NCBI GenBank assembly: GCA_003023785.1
Contig: PXRS01000077.1
Span: 57,033 to 121,032 of the forward strand
Reading direction: 5' to 3'
Origin: Halobacteriales archaeon QS_5_68_33
GTDB lineage: Archaea; Halobacteriota; Halobacteria; Halobacteriales; Haloarculaceae
Length of the DNA: 64,000 nt
Positions 60,943 to 64,000 of the stretch are shown here, one piece after another. A program made the position numbers and the translations under genes. Positions within the stretch are counted from its first letter, which is position 1, and each line of letters begins with the position of its first letter. The notes under the pieces were generated by a model that was given only the letters and a program-made list of their open reading frames with translations, made no database searches and was not told where the DNA came from.

Positions 60943-62205
60943 TCACCGCTCGTCCCACGGGGAGATGGGGTACTGGAGGTCGAGTGCCCGGTCGGAGTCG
61001 GTGTCCGGGTAGACCAGTCGCTGGGCGCCGTCCCACCACTGGCCGGTGGGGGCGGTGAGTTCGCCCTCCGCGGGGAGGCCGTTGTCCTCGAAACTGAACG
61101 TGCCGATGACCGTTTCGAACTCCTCGCCGCGCAGCGCCGACTGGATCGCTCCGGGCTCCAGCGAATCGGCGGCCTCGACCGCCTGCTGGGCCACCTGCGT
61201 GAGGTTGTACGAGCCGCCGACGTTGACTGCCAGGTACTCCGAGTCGTCGTCGTACTCGGACTCGTATCGGTTCCTGAGCTGCTCGTTGCCGTTGCCGGTC
61301 AGCCCCGGGACCCACCCCGGACACATCAGGGCGTAGGCCCCCGCGTCTTCGAGGGCCGACCACCACGCCGAGGGGTCGGCCCCGCGGACGAACTGCAGCA
61401 TGTCAGGCGCCCAGCCGTTCTCCCGCATCTGGTTGACGGCCGTGATACCCCCGCCCGGCGTCGGGTTCGAGAGCAACACCTCGACGCCGGCGCTCTCGGA
61501 CCGGGAGATGAGCGTCGAGAAGTCCTCGGACCCGATCTCGAAGGTCTCGCGCAGGACGACCTCGTACCCCTCCGCGCTCAGGCGGTCCTCCCAGTAGCCG
61601 GCCTGCTCCGCGCCCCACCCCGAGTTGGGCTCCCAGATGCCGACCTGGCCGGGGCGCTCGGACTCGGAGATGAGTTCCAGCGTCCCGAGCGTCGACCGCG
61701 TGATGTCCCGCGATTTGGGGAACGGCGCGTAGGTCCACTCGTAGCCGTCGTTGCGGTGGGGCTCCTCGTAGGCGAACGCGATCCCCAGGAAGGGCAGTTC
61801 CTGGTTCTCGGCGAAGGCGCTGCCCGCGGTCACGAGCAGACTGGAGAAACTCCCCCAGATCATGTCGACGTCGTTGTTGCTCGTGATCGCCTGGAGCTGC
61901 TCGCGCAGCGTCTGGGCGTCGCTCTCGTCGTCGCGCACGACGAGGTTGACCTCGCGGTCGAGTTCCTCGTTCATCCGCTGCTCGCCGAGTTCGTACCCGC
62001 GACGGAGGTCCTGTCCCAGCGACGAGAACCGCCCCGACTCCGGGATGGTCGCGGCGATGGTCAGCGGGTCTTGGTCGCCCGTCGACGTGCCGCCACCGTC
62101 CTCGCCGAGCGTGCACCCCGCCAGCCCGGTCAGCGCTGCGATACCTGCTGCCCCTGTGCCTCTCAGATACCTACGCCGCGATACGGATCGCTCTTGCTGA
62201 GCCAT
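60943..62205 (-). CDS. LivK-type substrate-binding lipoprotein (probably aromatic acids)
   Basis: SRRRYL...LAGC lipobox; RDDESD; FETVIGTFSF; substrate inferred from the neighbouring dioxygenase. Confidence 0.85.
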   Translation of the reverse strand: MAQQERSVSRRRYLRGTGAAGIAALTGLAGCTLGEDGGGTSTGDQDPLTIAATIPESGRFSSLGQDLRRGYELGEQRMNEELDREVNLVVRDDESDAQTLREQLQAITSNNDVDMIWGSFSSLLVTAGSAFAENQELPFLGIAFAYEEPHRNDGYEWTYAPFPKSRDITRSTLGTLELISESERPGQVGIWEPNSGWGAEQAGYWEDRLSAEGYEVVLRETFEIGSEDFSTLISRSESAGVEVLLSNPTPGGGITAVNQMRENGWAPDMLQFVRGADPSAWWSALEDAGAYALMCPGWVPGLTGNGNEQLRNRYESEYDDDSEYLAVNVGGSYNLTQVAQQAVEAADSLEPGAIQSALRGEEFETVIGTFSFEDNGLPAEGELTAPTGQWWDGAQRLVYPDTDSDRALDLQYPISPWDER

Positions 62206-62331
62206 ACCTTGGTGTGCGATATCTATGATGGAATATAAAGGTGTATGATCATCCGGGAACGACGCCGGGTTTCCCGCGTCGTTCGGGCTGCGGGGAAGGC
62301 GGAACATTCCGCTCCGGAGGCGGGCCCGTCA

Positions 62332-62409
62332 GACGGTCGGTTGTCAATGGTTTCCGGATTTCGTCGAACCGGTCGGCGAAATACCGGTAAATCGGTACAC
62401 CCGACCGTA
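62332..62409. mobile_element. MITE-like element, variant A (78 bp)
   Basis: TCA...TCA flanks; right TCA (62410-62412) is the dioxygenase stop. Confidence 0.85.
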
Positions 62410-63522
62410 TCAGTCGCCGGAGGGCTGAGCCTCGGCGTAGAAGTTGAACGCCTCGAAGACGGGGCGGTCGGTCATGCCGAGGAGGACCGCCTCGTCGTCG
62501 GGGTCGTGGTGGTGGGTGGCGTCCGGCGGCACCACGAAGACGTCCCACTGGCCCCACTCCAGGGCCTCGTCGTCGACGTGGGTGGCGCCCTCGCCCTCGA
62601 TGACGAAGTAGATCTCCGTCGCGTTGTGGAAGTGGGCGTCGGTCGTCCCGTCGAGGAGTTGCGCCCGAAAGGACATCGTCGGGAACAGCGGCGGTTTGCC
62701 CGCGGCGGGGTTGACGTAGGCGACGCTGTAGCCGTCGTACGGGTCGGGGTCGCCGTTGTCGGCGCGCTGGCGCAGCGTCTCCGCCATCCGATTCCACCGG
62801 AAGCGGTAGGGCGGCGTCGCCTCGGCTTTCCCCTCGAAGGGGCCGGGGATGCCGTCGGACCGCTCGTCGGCGGGGCGGCCGCGGCCGTACTGCGAGTCCC
62901 AGTAGCCCCGGGTCTTGGTGACGGGCTGGCGTTCGAGTTCGTGGTTCTCGAAGGCCTGGGTCTTGTTCAGCGAGTCCAGAAAGAGCGGGAGGTCGAGCAC
63001 GTCCAGCCACGCGGCCGTCTCGTCGCCGTCGTTGACGTGGTCGTGCCACTCCCACTGGGGCGTCGTCACGAGGTCGTTGTCCCGCATCGGGAACTCCTCG
63101 CCGGCGACGACCGTCTTCATGTCCTCGTGCCCGTCGATGGTAAAACGCAGCGCGTTCCCCGAGTGGCGGTGGGCGGGCGCGGTCTCGCCCGGGGAGACGG
63201 TCTGGACGCCGACGTAGATCGTGTTCGAGATGGCGTTGCCGATCGAACTGTTGATCGGGACCGCGACCCGCCGCTGGAACCCCGGCGGCAGGTCCGCGAT
63301 GGGGACGTCCGCCTCGATGCTGTCGATCGCCGTCCGGATGTCCTCCCACTTCCAGATGCCCGGCTCCAGGTCGTTGATGACCGTCCCGAAGTCGTCCTCG
63401 ACCTCCCACAGCGGCCGCAACCCGTTGTCGGCGAGGATCCCCCGCGTCTCGGCACTCAACTCGAGGAGGTCCTCGGGGTCCCGTTCCTCCTGCTGTTGCT
63501 CGTCGGACTCTTGCTGGGCCAT
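62410..63522 (-). CDS. gentisate 1,2-dioxygenase-like bicupin
   Basis: PGE.APAHRH...ALRF, TP...WHDH.N, WLD.LDLP, YVNP..G, W...D.FVVP. Confidence 0.88.
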   Translation of the reverse strand: MAQQESDEQQQEERDPEDLLELSAETRGILADNGLRPLWEVEDDFGTVINDLEPGIWKWEDIRTAIDSIEADVPIADLPPGFQRRVAVPINSSIGNAISNTIYVGVQTVSPGETAPAHRHSGNALRFTIDGHEDMKTVVAGEEFPMRDNDLVTTPQWEWHDHVNDGDETAAWLDVLDLPLFLDSLNKTQAFENHELERQPVTKTRGYWDSQYGRGRPADERSDGIPGPFEGKAEATPPYRFRWNRMAETLRQRADNGDPDPYDGYSVAYVNPAAGKPPLFPTMSFRAQLLDGTTDAHFHNATEIYFVIEGEGATHVDDEALEWGQWDVFVVPPDATHHHDPDDEAVLLGMTDRPVFEAFNFYAEAQPSGD

Positions 63523-63608
63523 GGTCACCGGTTGGCACAGATCCGGCATAAGTGTACTGGCCGACCGCTCTCGCGGCAAACCGACCTGACGACCGCGACG
63601 CTCGGCCG

Positions 63609-63782
63609 CTAGACGGCCTGTGCGTCGAACACGTCCTTCGAGGGGAAAATCGCCCGACAGTCCTCACAGACCATCTGCCCCTGGATGGCGTACTCCCAGA
63701 GCTTGCCGCCACAGTCCAGACAGTCGAAGTGCGCCTCGACGAACGGGTTCTCCTCGGCGTAGGGGTTCTCGAACTCGGCCAT
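63609..63782 (-). CDS. micro zinc finger protein (57 aa)
   Basis: MAEFENPY...DCLDCGG...VCEDCR. Confidence 0.75.
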   Translation of the reverse strand: MAEFENPYAEENPFVEAHFDCLDCGGKLWEYAIQGQMVCEDCRAIFPSKDVFDAQAV

Positions 63783-63880
63783 GTGTGTACGTGACGAGCG
63801 TCCGCACAAAAGGATATCGTTGGCCGGGGTTCGAGGCAGCACGTCGGGCCTTCAGGAGGCCGGAGGCGGGGGCCCGGTCA

Positions 63881-63988
63881 TACTGTCGGACACAAGTGAT
63901 GCCACCGTCCCGGTGACTGTTTCGGGGTCTTCGAGATGCATGTCCCCGAACGTCGACGAGTACGTTCACGTACTTGTGTCCGACAGTA
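63881..63988. mobile_element. MITE-like element, variant B (108 bp)
   Basis: Perfect 17-bp TIR TACTGTCGGACACAAGT; TCA...TCA flanks. Confidence 0.88.
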
Positions 63989-64000
63989 TCAGTCCGTCGC

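Overview
GC-rich window with acidic predicted proteins, Tat lipoproteins and CPxCG micro zinc fingers, which points to a haloarchaeon (class Halobacteria; inferred). From left to right it holds: (1) a K+ channel and a broken universal stress gene; (2) a likely glycine-betaine/C1 cluster (BCCT transporter, fhs, non-pyrrolysine MttB methyltransferase, folC-folP remnant, dimethylglycine-dehydrogenase-like flavoprotein, ETF); (3) a ~31 kb Mo/W island with two formate dehydrogenases, an AOR homologue lacking its Fe-S/catalytic motifs, an HdrA/MvhD-like polyferredoxin, TorD, MobA, YqeC, two MoeA, three oxyanion importers and two regulators; (4) a GH3 glycosidase, a FadF-like Fe-S membrane oxidoreductase and a nucleoside ABC transporter; (5) a gentisate-dioxygenase/FAH/Liv-type ABC cluster. 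The most unusual signals are non-coding. The first is a superfamily of at least 10 miniature inverted-repeat elements (four TIR variants, ~78 and ~107 bp) flanked by a duplicated TGA/TCA trinucleotide that is often a real stop codon. The second is a ~380 bp IS200/IS605-derived element that has lost tnpA/tnpB but keeps both end hairpins and the omega/sotRNA scaffold region. All assignments come from reading motifs by eye; no searches were run.
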